NCBI RefSeq assembly: GCF_000737315.1
Contig: NZ_JMCB01000001.1
Span: forward strand, 20,001-268,000
Direction: 5' to 3'
DNA from: Hyalangium minutum
GTDB taxonomy: Bacteria > Myxococcota > Myxococcia > Myxococcales > Myxococcaceae
DNA: 248,000 nucleotides
The position numbers and the translations under genes were made by a program. Every line of letters starts with the position of its first letter. Position 1 is the stretch's first letter. Positions 19,611 through 29,143 of this stretch are shown here, piece by piece. The notes below the pieces were generated by a model. It saw only the letters and a program-made list of their open reading frames with translations, was not told where the DNA came from and did no database searches.

Positions 19611-20720
19611 TTACGCCGTGAAGGTGTTGCGGAACGGCTGCACGGCCTTGCTGAGGTGATCCAGGCCGCGGAACAGGTGCAGCATGCGGCCGATGGAGTC
19701 GAAGTCCTTGCCGAGGCGCTCCTGGCGGCGGTTCAGCCAGCTGCCGGGCCCGGGGCGCGCGGTCAGGCCGCCGTCCTGCTCGTGGCGGCGCGACAGCTGC
19801 TCGGCCAGCTTGGACAGGCCCTTGAACACATCCGACAGGCCCTTGAACACGTCGCGCATCTGCTTCAGCAGCGCGTCGGCGCCCTGCTGCGCGCCCGACG
19901 GCTGGGTGGTCGGGGTGCCCGGAGCCAGATCCTTGCCCAGCTTGAAGGACTCGCCGCCGTTGTTGCTGCCGACGATCTCCTTGCCCGTGAAGGACCAGTC
20001 ATCGGTCTCCTTGCCCATCACGAACACGTCCTTGCCACCGAAGTCGTTGACGTGCTGGAAGCCGTCGTGGGTGACCTGGCCGGTCTTGCCCTTGCCCTTG
20101 TCGATGTCCGTCACCTGCACGCGGTCGTTGCCGGAGATGATGTCCAGGCCGCCGGTCACCGTCATGCCGTTGCCGTAGGGCTTGGTGGTGACGTTGATAC
20201 GGGTGCCGTCGCCCAGCACGAAGGTGCTGTCCTTCTTGAAGTCCCACTTGCCGCCGTCGCCCTCGGCCACGTGCGGGTCGCCCCAGATCTTCGTCTCCTT
20301 GCCGTCCGGACCGGAGATCTTCCAGTCGAACTGGCCGAGCTGCTCGATCTTGTAGCCGCCGGGGGTGGTCACCACGCCGTTGGAGCTCGTCTGCAGGCTG
20401 CCCTGGGGGTGCGAGCCCTGCGAGGGGTTCGGGGTCTCAGGACCCACCGCCATCTTCCACAGGTCGTCCAGCGAGCGGGGGCCCGTGGAGGACGGAGGAA
20501 CGAAGCCGGTGTTGCCGCCGGCCGCAGTGCCCGGCGAGGTGGCGCCGGGGGGAACGAAGCCGGTGTTGCCCGTGGCCGCGGTGCTCGGGGCCTGCGCGGA
20601 GGCGGCCTTGATCAGCTGCGCCTCGAGCTTGTTGAGCTTGCCCTCGAGGGTGCTCAGCTGGGAGCTGAGGGTGTTGAGAGGATTGGCTCCGATACCCACA
20701 GGCTTCGACGTGATCGACAT
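19611..20720 (-). CDS. DUF1521 / MIIA (metal-inducible autocleavage) domain protein, probable T3SS substrate
   Basis: KIWGDPHV..GDGGKWDF..FVLGDGTRINVTT; low-complexity N-terminus. Confidence 0.75.
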   Translation of the reverse strand: MSITSKPVGIGANPLNTLSSQLSTLEGKLNKLEAQLIKAASAQAPSTAATGNTGFVPPGATSPGTAAGGNTGFVPPSSTGPRSLDDLWKMAVGPETPNPSQGSHPQGSLQTSSNGVVTTPGGYKIEQLGQFDWKISGPDGKETKIWGDPHVAEGDGGKWDFKKDSTFVLGDGTRINVTTKPYGNGMTVTGGLDIISGNDRVQVTDIDKGKGKTGQVTHDGFQHVNDFGGKDVFVMGKETDDWSFTGKEIVGSNNGGESFKLGKDLAPGTPTTQPSGAQQGADALLKQMRDVFKGLSDVFKGLSKLAEQLSRRHEQDGGLTARPGPGSWLNRRQERLGKDFDSIGRMLHLFRGLDHLSKAVQPFRNTFTA

Positions 20721-20804
20721 GATTACTATCCTTTTTGGTTAAAGCGCCGCGGCCGCCCCTCCGAGAGGGAGAAGCGCTGCCGCCCAGCGCATTTCTTACT
20801 ATGA

Positions 20805-20830
20805 GTATCGGCCCATCCGCTTCAGAGTTT
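20805..20830 (-). promoter_or_regulatory. sigma28-like promoter AAACTC-N13-CCGATAC
   Basis: same spacing as the needle promoters; upstream of 19611..20720. Confidence 0.55.
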
Positions 20831-21026
20831 CGTGGCGATTTTCACCAACATTATCGGTCGCTTGACCGATGCACTGCCAGCTCCACCCGAGCGCAGATAG
20901 GCACACAAAGTCGCACCCGAGCGGTCGGATCGCGCGCTCGAAGCCCAAAACGAAACCGGCCCCGCGGAAGGACCTGAGGTCCTCGCGAGGCCGGCTCCGA
21001 ACTGCTCTGTAGCGCCTACCCGGCTA

Positions 21027-21254
21027 TCACACCGCCAGGTTCTGGATGACGCTCTTGCTCATCTCGTGCAGCGCCTTCATCATCGTCGTCGCCAGCTGCA
21101 CCATCTCCTGCATCCGCTGCATCTCAGCCTGAACCTTCAGAAGGTTCTTCTGCTCCGCGGGGATGTTCTGGTTGTCGATCCACGAGTTCATCGTGCCGAC
21201 GTTGCTGTTGATGGTGCCAGAGAAGTTGTTGAAAACGCCGCCGAGGCTGGACAT
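21027..21254 (-). CDS. needle-like subunit copy 2 (KVQAE variant)
   Basis: 1 aa different from copy 1. Confidence 0.65.
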   Translation of the reverse strand: MSSLGGVFNNFSGTINSNVGTMNSWIDNQNIPAEQKNLLKVQAEMQRMQEMVQLATTMMKALHEMSKSVIQNLAV

Positions 21255-21516
21255 GTGCGACTCCTTGAGACGGATGGGGTAGGAAGGGTGAACCGCGAAG
21301 CAGCTTACACCTGGATTATCGGTTCTGGGCAGAGGGAGTTTCCTGGAATTTTCCGGATCATTTCCTACCTCCCGGATCCCCTCGAGTCGCCTGAGCCTCT
21401 GAGCCCAGTTCGGCGCCCGCGGGCTCCTGCGGCGCCAAAACGAAACCGGCCCCGCGGAAGGACCTGAGGTCCTCGCGAGGCCGGCTCCGAGCTGCTCTGT
21501 AGCGCCTACCCGGCTA

Positions 21517-21744
21517 TCACACCGCCAGGTTCTGGATGACGCTCTTGCTCATCTCGTGCAGCGCCTTCATCATCGTCGTCGCCAGCTGCACCATCTCCTG
21601 CATCCGCTGCATCTCGGACTGAACCTTCAGAAGGTTCTTCTGCTCCGCGGGGATGTTCTGGTTGTCGATCCACGAGTTCATCGTGCCGACGTTGCTGTTG
21701 ATGGTGCCAGAGAAGTTGTTGAAAACGCCGCCGAGGCTGGACAT
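21517..21744 (-). CDS. needle-like subunit copy 3
   Basis: protein identical to copy 1. Confidence 0.65.
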   Translation of the reverse strand: MSSLGGVFNNFSGTINSNVGTMNSWIDNQNIPAEQKNLLKVQSEMQRMQEMVQLATTMMKALHEMSKSVIQNLAV

Positions 21745-22006
21745 GTGTGACTCCTGAGAGTGGGAAATTCGTTTGGGGAAGGGAAAGTAACTGCCTGACA
21801 AGCTGATTATCGGGCCAGCCCTGCCGGAGTTTCCTGCGACTTTTCCGGATCATTTCCTACCTCCCGGATCCCCGAGTCGCCTGAGCCTCTGAGCCCAGCT
21901 CAGCTCCCGGGGGCTCCCCAGGCCCCAAAACGAAACCGGCCCCGCGGAAGGACCTGAGGTCCTCGCGAGGCCGGCTCCGAACTGCTCTGTAGCGCCTACC
22001 CGGCTA

Positions 22007-22234
22007 TCACACCGCCAGGTTCTGGATGACGCTCTTGCTCATCTCGTGCAGCGCCTTCATCATCGTCGTCGCCAGCTGCACCATCTCCTGCATCCGCTGC
22101 ATCTCAGCCTGAACCTTCAGAAGGTTCTTCTGCTCCGCGGGGATGTTCTGGTTGTCGATCCACGAGTTCATCGTGCCGACGTTGCTGTTGATGGTGCCAG
22201 AGAAGTTGTTGAAAACACCGCCGAGGCTGGACAT
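22007..22234 (-). CDS. needle-like subunit copy 4 (KVQAE variant)
   Basis: protein identical to copy 2. Confidence 0.65.
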   Translation of the reverse strand: MSSLGGVFNNFSGTINSNVGTMNSWIDNQNIPAEQKNLLKVQAEMQRMQEMVQLATTMMKALHEMSKSVIQNLAV

Positions 22235-22461
22235 GTGCGACTCCTTGAGAAAGCAGGGTGGGTGGGAGCGGCCGACAGCAGCCGCCTGACAAAATGATTC
22301 TCGTGCCCACTCAGGAAAAGTTTCCTGGGGACTTTCTGGATCATTTTTCTGAGCCCAGCCGCCTGGAGTTTCCGGCTCCCGCAACAAAACCGGCCTCGCG
22401 GAAGGACCTGAGGTCCTCGCGAGGCCGGCTCCGCACTCCCCTGAAGCGACTGCCGGAGGAA

Positions 22462-22692
22462 TTACACCGACAGGTTCTGGATGGTGCTCTTGCTCATCTC
22501 GTGCAGCGCCTTCATCAGCGTGGTGGCCAGCTGGGTCATCTCCTGCATCCGCTGCATCTCGGACTGAACCTTCAGCAGGTTCTTCTGCTCCGCCGGGATG
22601 TTCTGGTTGTCAATCCACGAGTTCATCGTGTTGACGTTGCTGTTGATGGTGCCCTGGAACTGGTTGAAGACGCCCTGCAGTGCCTGCGACAT
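22462..22692 (-). CDS. needle-like subunit copy 5 (divergent, 76 aa)
   Basis: MSQALQGVFNQFQG...STIQNLSV; core conserved. Confidence 0.65.
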   Translation of the reverse strand: MSQALQGVFNQFQGTINSNVNTMNSWIDNQNIPAEQKNLLKVQSEMQRMQEMTQLATTLMKALHEMSKSTIQNLSV

Positions 22693-22939
22693 GATTGACT
22701 CCGTATATGAGTGATCCGCCAGTCAGTGGCGGCTATGACTTCCTTGCCCTGATTATCGGAGTCACCACCCCCGAGTTGCTTGGGGATTTTCGGAATCATT
22801 TCGCCGCCAGTGCGAGCTCCGGAGCCGGTGGCGCGGAGGCCTGGAGGCCCTCGAGGCCCAAAACGAAACCGGCCCCGCGGAAGGACCTGAGGTCCTCGCG
22901 AGGCCGGCTCCGAACTGCTCTGTAGCGCCTACCCGGCTA

Positions 22940-23167
22940 TCACACCGCCAGGTTCTGGATGACGCTCTTGCTCATCTCGTGCAGCGCCTTCATCATCGTC
23001 GTCGCCAGCTGCACCATCTCCTGCATCCGCTGCATCTCGGACTGAACCTTCAGAAGGTTCTTCTGCTCCGCAGGGATGTTCTGGTTGTCGATCCACGAGT
23101 TCATCGTGCCGACGTTGCTGTTGATGGTGCCAGAGAAGTTGTTGAAAACGCCGCCGAGGCTGGACAT
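22940..23167 (-). CDS. needle-like subunit copy 6
   Basis: protein identical to copy 1. Confidence 0.65.
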   Translation of the reverse strand: MSSLGGVFNNFSGTINSNVGTMNSWIDNQNIPAEQKNLLKVQSEMQRMQEMVQLATTMMKALHEMSKSVIQNLAV

Positions 23168-23305
23168 GTGTGACTCCTGAGAGTGGGAAATTCGTTTGGG
23201 GGAAGCGAAAGTAACCGCCTGACAGCCTGATTATCGGACCCACACCGCCGGAGTTTCCTCCGGTTTTCCAGGATCATTTCCTGGTCGGCCAAGTCCTTGA
23301 AATCA

Positions 23306-23941
23306 CTAGCCCTTCAGCTTGCCGATGGAGGGGTTCTTCATCCAGGTCTTGAAGGACTCGAGCTGCTGCTGCTCGGACTTGGGCTCCTGGGCAGCCGGGG
23401 CCTTGGGGGGCGCGGCCGTCTCCGGGTTGAGCGTCATCTTGCTGGGCTTGGAGCCACCCCCCTCAAAACCATCCTGCGCCTTCTTGGCGCCAGGGGCCAC
23501 GGGAGCCGCAGGGGCCGCAGGGGCCGCGACGCCGCCGGCCACGTTCGGAACCTGGACGCCCTCGAGGAGCGACGGGCCCATGATCTTCTCGGGGATCTTC
23601 ACGCCCTCGGGCAGCTGCATCTGGCCGGTGAAGCCGAAGGCCACCAGACGCTTCTGCATGTACTCCACGCACTGCATGATGATGGCCGGGGGCGGCAGGA
23701 CGGGATCCTTCATGAAGCGCATGAAGGCGTCCTTCACGTCCTGGTAGATCTGCATGTCGAACGGCGAGCCCGGGCGCGTGTGCAGCATCAGCTCGTGGAA
23801 CTTGCGCAGCAGGGGCTGCGCGGTGCCGGTGGCCGCCTTGGCCTGCTTCTCGACCTCGGGAATCAGCCGCTCACGCTCTGCCGCCAGCTCGGGCGGCTCG
23901 GGGGGAAACTGCGGGGCATTGGGGTTCTTCGCGTTCGACAT
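23306..23941 (-). CDS. hypothetical T3SS-cluster protein
   Basis: coding bias; directly downstream of a chaperone; Ala/Pro-rich segment with DGFE. Confidence 0.6.
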   Translation of the reverse strand: MSNAKNPNAPQFPPEPPELAAERERLIPEVEKQAKAATGTAQPLLRKFHELMLHTRPGSPFDMQIYQDVKDAFMRFMKDPVLPPPAIIMQCVEYMQKRLVAFGFTGQMQLPEGVKIPEKIMGPSLLEGVQVPNVAGGVAAPAAPAAPVAPGAKKAQDGFEGGGSKPSKMTLNPETAAPPKAPAAQEPKSEQQQLESFKTWMKNPSIGKLKG

Positions 23942-24078
23942 GAGGCGGGCTCCTCCCGGGGTAGGGGTGCGCTAAATCTACACGATTGCCCCATGCTAAC
24001 AGCAAAGGGGATTCCCCGATCAAGCTTACGGCTGGGAGTTTACGCGTCTTTGCCCTGCCCCGGCCCTACCGGAGAGGC

Positions 24079-24555
24079 TCAGCGGCGACCCGTGAGCGAG
24101 GAAATCATCGCATTGGCCTTCCGAGTCACCGGGTCATCCTCCGCAGCCAGCGAGGCGGCGCGGCGCAGATCCTCGATGGCCTGCGACTTCTGGCCCATGG
24201 TGAGCTTCACCTCGGCGCGGCCCACGTAGGCCTGGGCATCGTCCGAGGCCAGCTTGATGGCCACGTCATAGGCGGCCAGCGCGCCCTGGGCGTTGCCCGC
24301 GGCCAGCTCCACCACCCCGAGCGCCTTGGCGAAGTACGGATCCGTGGGGTTCACCGCGTAGAGCCCCTGGAAGAGCGTCCGCGCCTCGTTCACCCGGCCC
24401 TGGTGGAAGAAGAAGTAGGCCGTCTTGGCGATGGCGTAGAGCTCATCGTCTGAGTAGCCGCGCACGTCGCGCAGGGTCGCCTTGCCGTCCGCCCACTTCT
24501 GCAGGGCCGCGACGAGCTTCGCCTCTTCCTGGGGGCTGTTGGGGTCCGCAGCCAT
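24079..24555 (-). CDS. SycD/LcrH family T3SS chaperone
   Basis: GYSDDELYAIAKTAYFFF..G..NEARTLFQGL. Confidence 0.85.
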   Translation of the reverse strand: MAADPNSPQEEAKLVAALQKWADGKATLRDVRGYSDDELYAIAKTAYFFFHQGRVNEARTLFQGLYAVNPTDPYFAKALGVVELAAGNAQGALAAYDVAIKLASDDAQAYVGRAEVKLTMGQKSQAIEDLRRAASLAAEDDPVTRKANAMISSLTGRR

Positions 24556-24559
24556 GATG

Positions 24560-25036
24560 CTAGTAGCCCTCGTCCTTCTGCTCCTCGCGGATGCGGCGCA
24601 TGATCTCCTGCACCTCGGAGTTCACCTGGCCCACCAGCGTCAGCATCTGCGACTCGCGCTGGAGCAGGGCCTTGAGCCGCTCCATGCGATCCGGCGGCGC
24701 GTTGATGCGCGACAGGCCACGCTCCATGAGCCGGCGCTGATCATTCTCCCCACGCTCGGCCACGCTCTCCAGCTGGGGCCGGTCCGAGAAGCCCTCGAGC
24801 GGCGCGTCATTCTGACGAGGATTGGCCGGGGTGGGCAGCCGCAGCTCCTCGGAGGAGTGCGCCGGACCGATGAAGTCCAGCAGCGCCGCCGAGGCAAGCG
24901 CCGGGTTCTTCGGGTTGCCGGTCTTCTTGGTGTTCTTGCGGTTGAGCTGCGTGCGATCGACAAGCCGCTCACGGACGCTGCGGGGACCACCCCAGGGCCA
25001 CAGCGGCGCAGGGGGTTGATTGTTGATCTTCGCCAT
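24560..25036 (-). CDS. hypothetical T3SS-cluster protein
   Basis: in operon; coiled-coil C-terminus. Confidence 0.6.
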   Translation of the reverse strand: MAKINNQPPAPLWPWGGPRSVRERLVDRTQLNRKNTKKTGNPKNPALASAALLDFIGPAHSSEELRLPTPANPRQNDAPLEGFSDRPQLESVAERGENDQRRLMERGLSRINAPPDRMERLKALLQRESQMLTLVGQVNSEVQEIMRRIREEQKDEGY

Positions 25037-25080
25037 GGTTGTGCAACCTCACTCCAGAACAGGGCCGTTCGTCCAGTCCC

Positions 25081-25365
25081 CTACTTCTTGGCGCCGCTCG
25101 CCTGCTGCTCCTGCTGCAGGGCGTAAACGAAGTTCAGCACCTCGGCCACCGCGTCATACAGCTCCTCGGGGACTTCCTGGCCCACGTCGACGCGGTAGAG
25201 CGCATTGGCCAGGGGGAGATTCTTCATGATGGGGATGTTGTACTGCTTGGCAATCTCGCGGATTTTCTCCGCCTTGAGGCGCATCCCCTTGGCCACGACC
25301 CGAGGCGCGCCGTCCTTCTCCTTGTCGTACTTCAGCGCGATCGCGATCTCCGTCTCGTCGTTCAT
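25081..25365 (-). CDS. stand-alone FlhB/SctU C-terminal-domain protein
   Basis: [14 protein letters not shown]...[12 protein letters not shown]. Confidence 0.9.
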   Translation of the reverse strand: MNDETEIAIALKYDKEKDGAPRVVAKGMRLKAEKIREIAKQYNIPIMKNLPLANALYRVDVGQEVPEELYDAVAEVLNFVYALQQEQQASGAKK

Positions 25366-25398
25366 GGCTGCCCTGGATGATACCCCGGCCGGGCCCCG

Positions 25399-26460
25399 CT
25401 AGGCGCGGGCCGGGGAGCCCTCTTTCAGGCCGTAGACGAAGTTCAGCACCTCGGCCACCGCGTCATACAGCTCCTCGGGGATGTCCTGGCCCACGTCCAC
25501 CCGGAGCAGCGCGTGCGCCAACGGCACGTTGCGCAGCAGGGGCACGTCGGCGGCCTTGGCCAGCGCCTTGATCTGCTCGGCCTTGGAGTCCAGGCCCTTG
25601 GCGAGCACCCGGGGCGCGCCGTCCTTCTCCCGGTCGTACTTGAGCGCCACGGCGACGTGGTCCGGGTTGGTGACGATCACGTCGGCGCCCTTCACGGACT
25701 CCATCTGAGCGCTCTCCATGATCTCCTGGTGCATCTGCTTGCGGTGCGCCTTGTGGTGCGGATCGCCCTCGCTCTCCTTGTATTCCTTCTTCACCTCGTC
25801 CTTCGACATCATCATGTCCTTCATGTAGGACTTTCGCTGCCACCAGATGTCGAAGATGGAGAAGAGCAGGAAGATGAGGCCGATCTTGAAGGCGACGCGG
25901 TAGACCATCTCCCCCATCACCCCCATGATCCCCGGCACGTCCATGCGCACCGTCTGGACCACCATGCCCATGCCGTCGCGGATGACGCCGAAGATGACGT
26001 AGCCCGCGACGCTGATCTTGGCCAGGTTCTTGATCAGCTCCACGGCCGTCTTCTTGGAGAACATGTTCTTGAGGCCCTGGATGGGATTCAGCTTCTCCAG
26101 CTTGGGCATCAAGGGGTCCAGGGTGAAGAGCGAGCCCACCTGGAGGAACTCGGCCAGCCCGGCCACCACCGCGCAGGCGCCGATGACGGGTGCCACCAGC
26201 GTGAGCACCGCGCTCAAGCCCATCTCCATCAGATGGAAGGTGGCGATCTGCAGCGAGTCCGGCTTCGACATCTGATCGAACGAGTAGCGGAAGAGGATCG
26301 TCACCTTCTCTTCGATGTTGCCCCAGGTGGCCTTGACGGCGCCCAGCCCCACGAGCAGCACGAACACGCCCGTCAGGTCCTTGCTCTTCCAGACCTGGCC
26401 CTTCTTGCGTGAGTCCTGCAGCTTCTTTTGTGTGGGTTCTTCTGTCTTCTCGTCGGACAT
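25399..26460 (-). CDS. sctU: T3SS substrate-specificity switch SctU
   Basis: KTEEPT..KL..SRKKGQV; autocleavage motif NPDH (variant of NPTH). Confidence 0.92.
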   Translation of the reverse strand: MSDEKTEEPTQKKLQDSRKKGQVWKSKDLTGVFVLLVGLGAVKATWGNIEEKVTILFRYSFDQMSKPDSLQIATFHLMEMGLSAVLTLVAPVIGACAVVAGLAEFLQVGSLFTLDPLMPKLEKLNPIQGLKNMFSKKTAVELIKNLAKISVAGYVIFGVIRDGMGMVVQTVRMDVPGIMGVMGEMVYRVAFKIGLIFLLFSIFDIWWQRKSYMKDMMMSKDEVKKEYKESEGDPHHKAHRKQMHQEIMESAQMESVKGADVIVTNPDHVAVALKYDREKDGAPRVLAKGLDSKAEQIKALAKAADVPLLRNVPLAHALLRVDVGQDIPEELYDAVAEVLNFVYGLKEGSPARA

Positions 26461-26475
26461 GGCGGGCGCCGGGTG

Positions 26476-27294
26476 TCAGCTGAGGAGTCTGATGGCGTGC
26501 TTCAGGATCGCCAGCATGGAGGCGAACTCGTCCTGGAAGCGCCCGATGATCATCTGAATGGAGATACCGAAGATGATGGCGGCCACCATGGGCTTGATGG
26601 CCATGGCGATGAAGAAGACCTGGAGGTTGGTCGCCACACGGTTGATGGCGCCCATGCCCAGGTCCGTCAGGAAGGTGGCCAGCACGACGGGCGCCGACAG
26701 GATGAGGGAGATCCTCAGGAGGTCCGCGAAGACGCGGATCGACACCTCGAAGAAGGGCCAAAGTCCGGCGCTGAACCGGGGGAAGCCGTCCAGTGGGACG
26801 GCGACGAAGCTGTCGGCCAGGGCCTCGATGACGACGTGGTGCCCGTTGAGCGTGAGGAAGAGCACCACGGCCAGCTGCGTCTTCAAGTTGGAGTAGAGCG
26901 TCACCTGCTGGCCGAGCTGGGGCACGTAGAGCTGGGCGTTGTTGCTGCCCATCATGGTGTCCGCCAGGTTTCCTGCCACGCGGGCCGCGTCGAAGATGGC
27001 GCTGACGATGAACGCCAGCGACATGCCGATGAAGATCTCCTTGAGCAGCAGCGCGATGTAGGGCAGCGGTTGGCTGGGGATGGTCCCCATCCGCTGCGCC
27101 ACGAGGGGGAACATCACGATCGACAAGGTGATGCCGACGCCCATCTTCACTTCCGTGGGCGTGACCTCTCCGCCGAGGAACGGCGAGAAGATGATCACCG
27201 GCAGGACCCGGCACATGATCAGGCCCACGGCGAAGATGATGAGCTGGATGTTGGCCTGCTCGGCCAACTTCGCGATCGCTTCCGAGGCGTTCAT
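26476..27294 (-). CDS. sctT: T3SS export apparatus SctT (FliR family)
   Basis: multi-TM; FSPFLGG; between sctS and sctU. Confidence 0.88.
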   Translation of the reverse strand: MNASEAIAKLAEQANIQLIIFAVGLIMCRVLPVIIFSPFLGGEVTPTEVKMGVGITLSIVMFPLVAQRMGTIPSQPLPYIALLLKEIFIGMSLAFIVSAIFDAARVAGNLADTMMGSNNAQLYVPQLGQQVTLYSNLKTQLAVVLFLTLNGHHVVIEALADSFVAVPLDGFPRFSAGLWPFFEVSIRVFADLLRISLILSAPVVLATFLTDLGMGAINRVATNLQVFFIAMAIKPMVAAIIFGISIQMIIGRFQDEFASMLAILKHAIRLLS

Positions 27295-27554
27295 CGAATG
27301 ATGGCGGGGAACCGGTCGAAGACGTGGAAGGTGAAGCGCACGAGCTGGTGGCCGATCCACGGGCCCACCATGGCCAGCGTGACGAAGACAATGACCATCT
27401 TCGGCGCGAAGGTGAGCGTCTGCTCCTGGATCTGCGTCGTGGCCTGGAACAGGGCGATGATGAAGCCCACCAGGAGGCTGATGATGACAGGCGGCGCCGA
27501 GGCGACGAGCACCAGGAAGAGCGCCTGCTGAGTGATGACCGTCAGTTGGTGCAT
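27291..27554 (-). CDS. sctS: T3SS export apparatus SctS (FliQ family)
   Basis: FQATTQIQEQTLTFAPK. Confidence 0.92.
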   Translation of the reverse strand: MHQLTVITQQALFLVLVASAPPVIISLLVGFIIALFQATTQIQEQTLTFAPKMVIVFVTLAMVGPWIGHQLVRFTFHVFDRFPAIIR

Positions 27555-27564
27555 GGCGTTCCTC

Positions 27565-28401
27565 CTACAGGTACCCGATGACCAGGCCCTTGGCGATCAA
27601 GTACCAGCCGTCGACCAAGACGAAGAGTAAGAGCTTGAAGGGCATGGAGATGGTGGTGGGTGACAACATGTGCATGCCGAGCGCGAGCAGGATGTTGGCC
27701 ACCACCATGTCGATGACAATGAAGGGCACGAAGAGCAGGAAGCCGATCTGGAAGGCCTCCTTGAGCTCGGACACGACGAAGGCCGGGATGATGATCATGA
27801 AGTCCCGGTCGCCCACGTCCTTGCGATCCTCCTCCTTGCGCATCTTCTTGGCCAGGTGGAAGAAGAGCGCCCGGTCCTTGTCCTTGACCTTCTTGATGAG
27901 GAAGTCGCGCAGGGGCTCCTTGGCGCGATCCGCGGCGGCCAGCATGGTGCCCACGGTCTCCGAGGAGAGCAGCCCGGGCCCCTTCGCCCAGATGTCCACC
28001 TGGGCCGCCTTGTACATGTTCTGGCCGATGGGGGCCATGATGTAGACGGTGAGGATGATGGCCAGGCCGGTGATGACCTGGGTGGGCGGGATCTGCTGGG
28101 TGCCCAGCGCCGAGCGGACGATGGAGAGCACCACCGAGATCTTCACGAAGCTGGTCACCATCATCAGCACGAAGGGGACGAGCGACAGCGCCGCCAGCGC
28201 CAGGATGAGGATCAGCGGCCGCGAGGTGAATGACTCGCTGTTCGTCACCGACTGCACGGCGTTGGCGGGGAGCGGCTCCTCCGTGGCGACGGCGCTGCCC
28301 CTCTTGGCGGCGAAGGCAACAGCCGGCTGCAGGGCGACAGCGGCGGCATACAGCCAGGGAGTGGCACGGGACAGGGACTGGCGCAAGGACGAGGGTCTCA
28401 C
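27565..28401 (-). CDS. sctR: T3SS export apparatus SctR (FliP family)
   Basis: TSFVKISVVLSIVRSALGTQQIPP; MHMLSPTTISMPFKLLLFV; start approximate. Confidence 0.92.
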   Translation of the reverse strand: MRPSSLRQSLSRATPWLYAAAVALQPAVAFAAKRGSAVATEEPLPANAVQSVTNSESFTSRPLILILALAALSLVPFVLMMVTSFVKISVVLSIVRSALGTQQIPPTQVITGLAIILTVYIMAPIGQNMYKAAQVDIWAKGPGLLSSETVGTMLAAADRAKEPLRDFLIKKVKDKDRALFFHLAKKMRKEEDRKDVGDRDFMIIIPAFVVSELKEAFQIGFLLFVPFIVIDMVVANILLALGMHMLSPTTISMPFKLLLFVLVDGWYLIAKGLVIGYL

Positions 28402-28412
28402 GAGAGCAATCT

Positions 28413-29048
28413 TCAGGAGCGCGGCGGCGTGGAGCCGGTGCGGCGGGAGAGGAGCTTCTGGAGGAAGGGGCTCAAAGGCACGACGTTGGAGGGCTGGGGG
28501 CGCTCGGCCTGGATGCGATCGACCGCCTGGGTGTCGAGCTTCGACAGCAACTGGAGGCCGCCCTCGCCGCTGCCGACCAGGAGGTACTCGTCCGCGGCCT
28601 TCAGCACGAAGAGGGTGCGGCGCTGATCGAGCGGCACCCGCTCCACCACAGACACCAGCGACTGGCTCCGGCGGCCCATCGGGCCCTGCAGCCCCATCAG
28701 CTTGCGCAGGCCCACGTTGAGCGTCAGGTAGATGCTCAGCAGCACCGTGCCCAGCAGCAGCAGCGTGCGCGCGAGCACCCAACCGAGGTTCTCGGGCTCC
28801 GCACTGGCGGTGTCCTCGGCCGCGAACGGATCCGGCAAGTCACTGCCAGGAGCCGCCACGGCGGGAGCAGCCGGAGCCGGGGCGGGAACCTGGGCAGCAG
28901 GCTGCTCAGGGGCAGGCGCCGCGACGGGCGCCGCCGTGGGAGCGGGCACGGCAGCCGAAGCCTCCGCGAGGGCAAGCGGCGGCGCGAGCAAGAGGCAGGC
29001 ACAGGCCAGCAGGGACCAGCGCGGGTTCGATAGGAGGGAGGCCACCAT
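28413..29048 (-). CDS. FliO/FliZ-like protein
   Basis: TM followed by VSVVERVPLDQRRTLFVLKAADEYLLVG. Confidence 0.75.
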   Translation of the reverse strand: MVASLLSNPRWSLLACACLLLAPPLALAEASAAVPAPTAAPVAAPAPEQPAAQVPAPAPAAPAVAAPGSDLPDPFAAEDTASAEPENLGWVLARTLLLLGTVLLSIYLTLNVGLRKLMGLQGPMGRRSQSLVSVVERVPLDQRRTLFVLKAADEYLLVGSGEGGLQLLSKLDTQAVDRIQAERPQPSNVVPLSPFLQKLLSRRTGSTPPRS

Positions 29049-29143
29049 GACTGGGAGCGAGGCTAGTCCATTCCCAGGCGAGACCGCCATGGCTCCACCG
29101 TGGATCCCCGACGCCACCCTGCTCGCCCGCCAGCCAACAGGCT

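Larger units (their letters stand above)
20947..23290 (-). repeat. tandem array of five ~455-490 bp units (promoter - needle-like gene - terminator)
   Basis: gene stop ends at 21027, 21517, 22007, 22462, 22940; terminators ~20947-20994, 21437-21484, 21927-21974, 22386-22428, 22860-22907; promoters 21316-21341, 21807-21832, 22298-22323, 22753-22778, 23231-23256. Confidence 0.9.

Noticed and set aside
20851-20857. Second CCGATAA box upstream of the MIIA gene
   Set aside because: No AAACTC-like -35 at 13-nt spacing; not counted as a promoter
20947-23290. CRISPR array
   Set aside because: Units are ~455-490 bp, each containing an ORF, promoter and terminator; there are no short repeats with unique spacers and no cas genes
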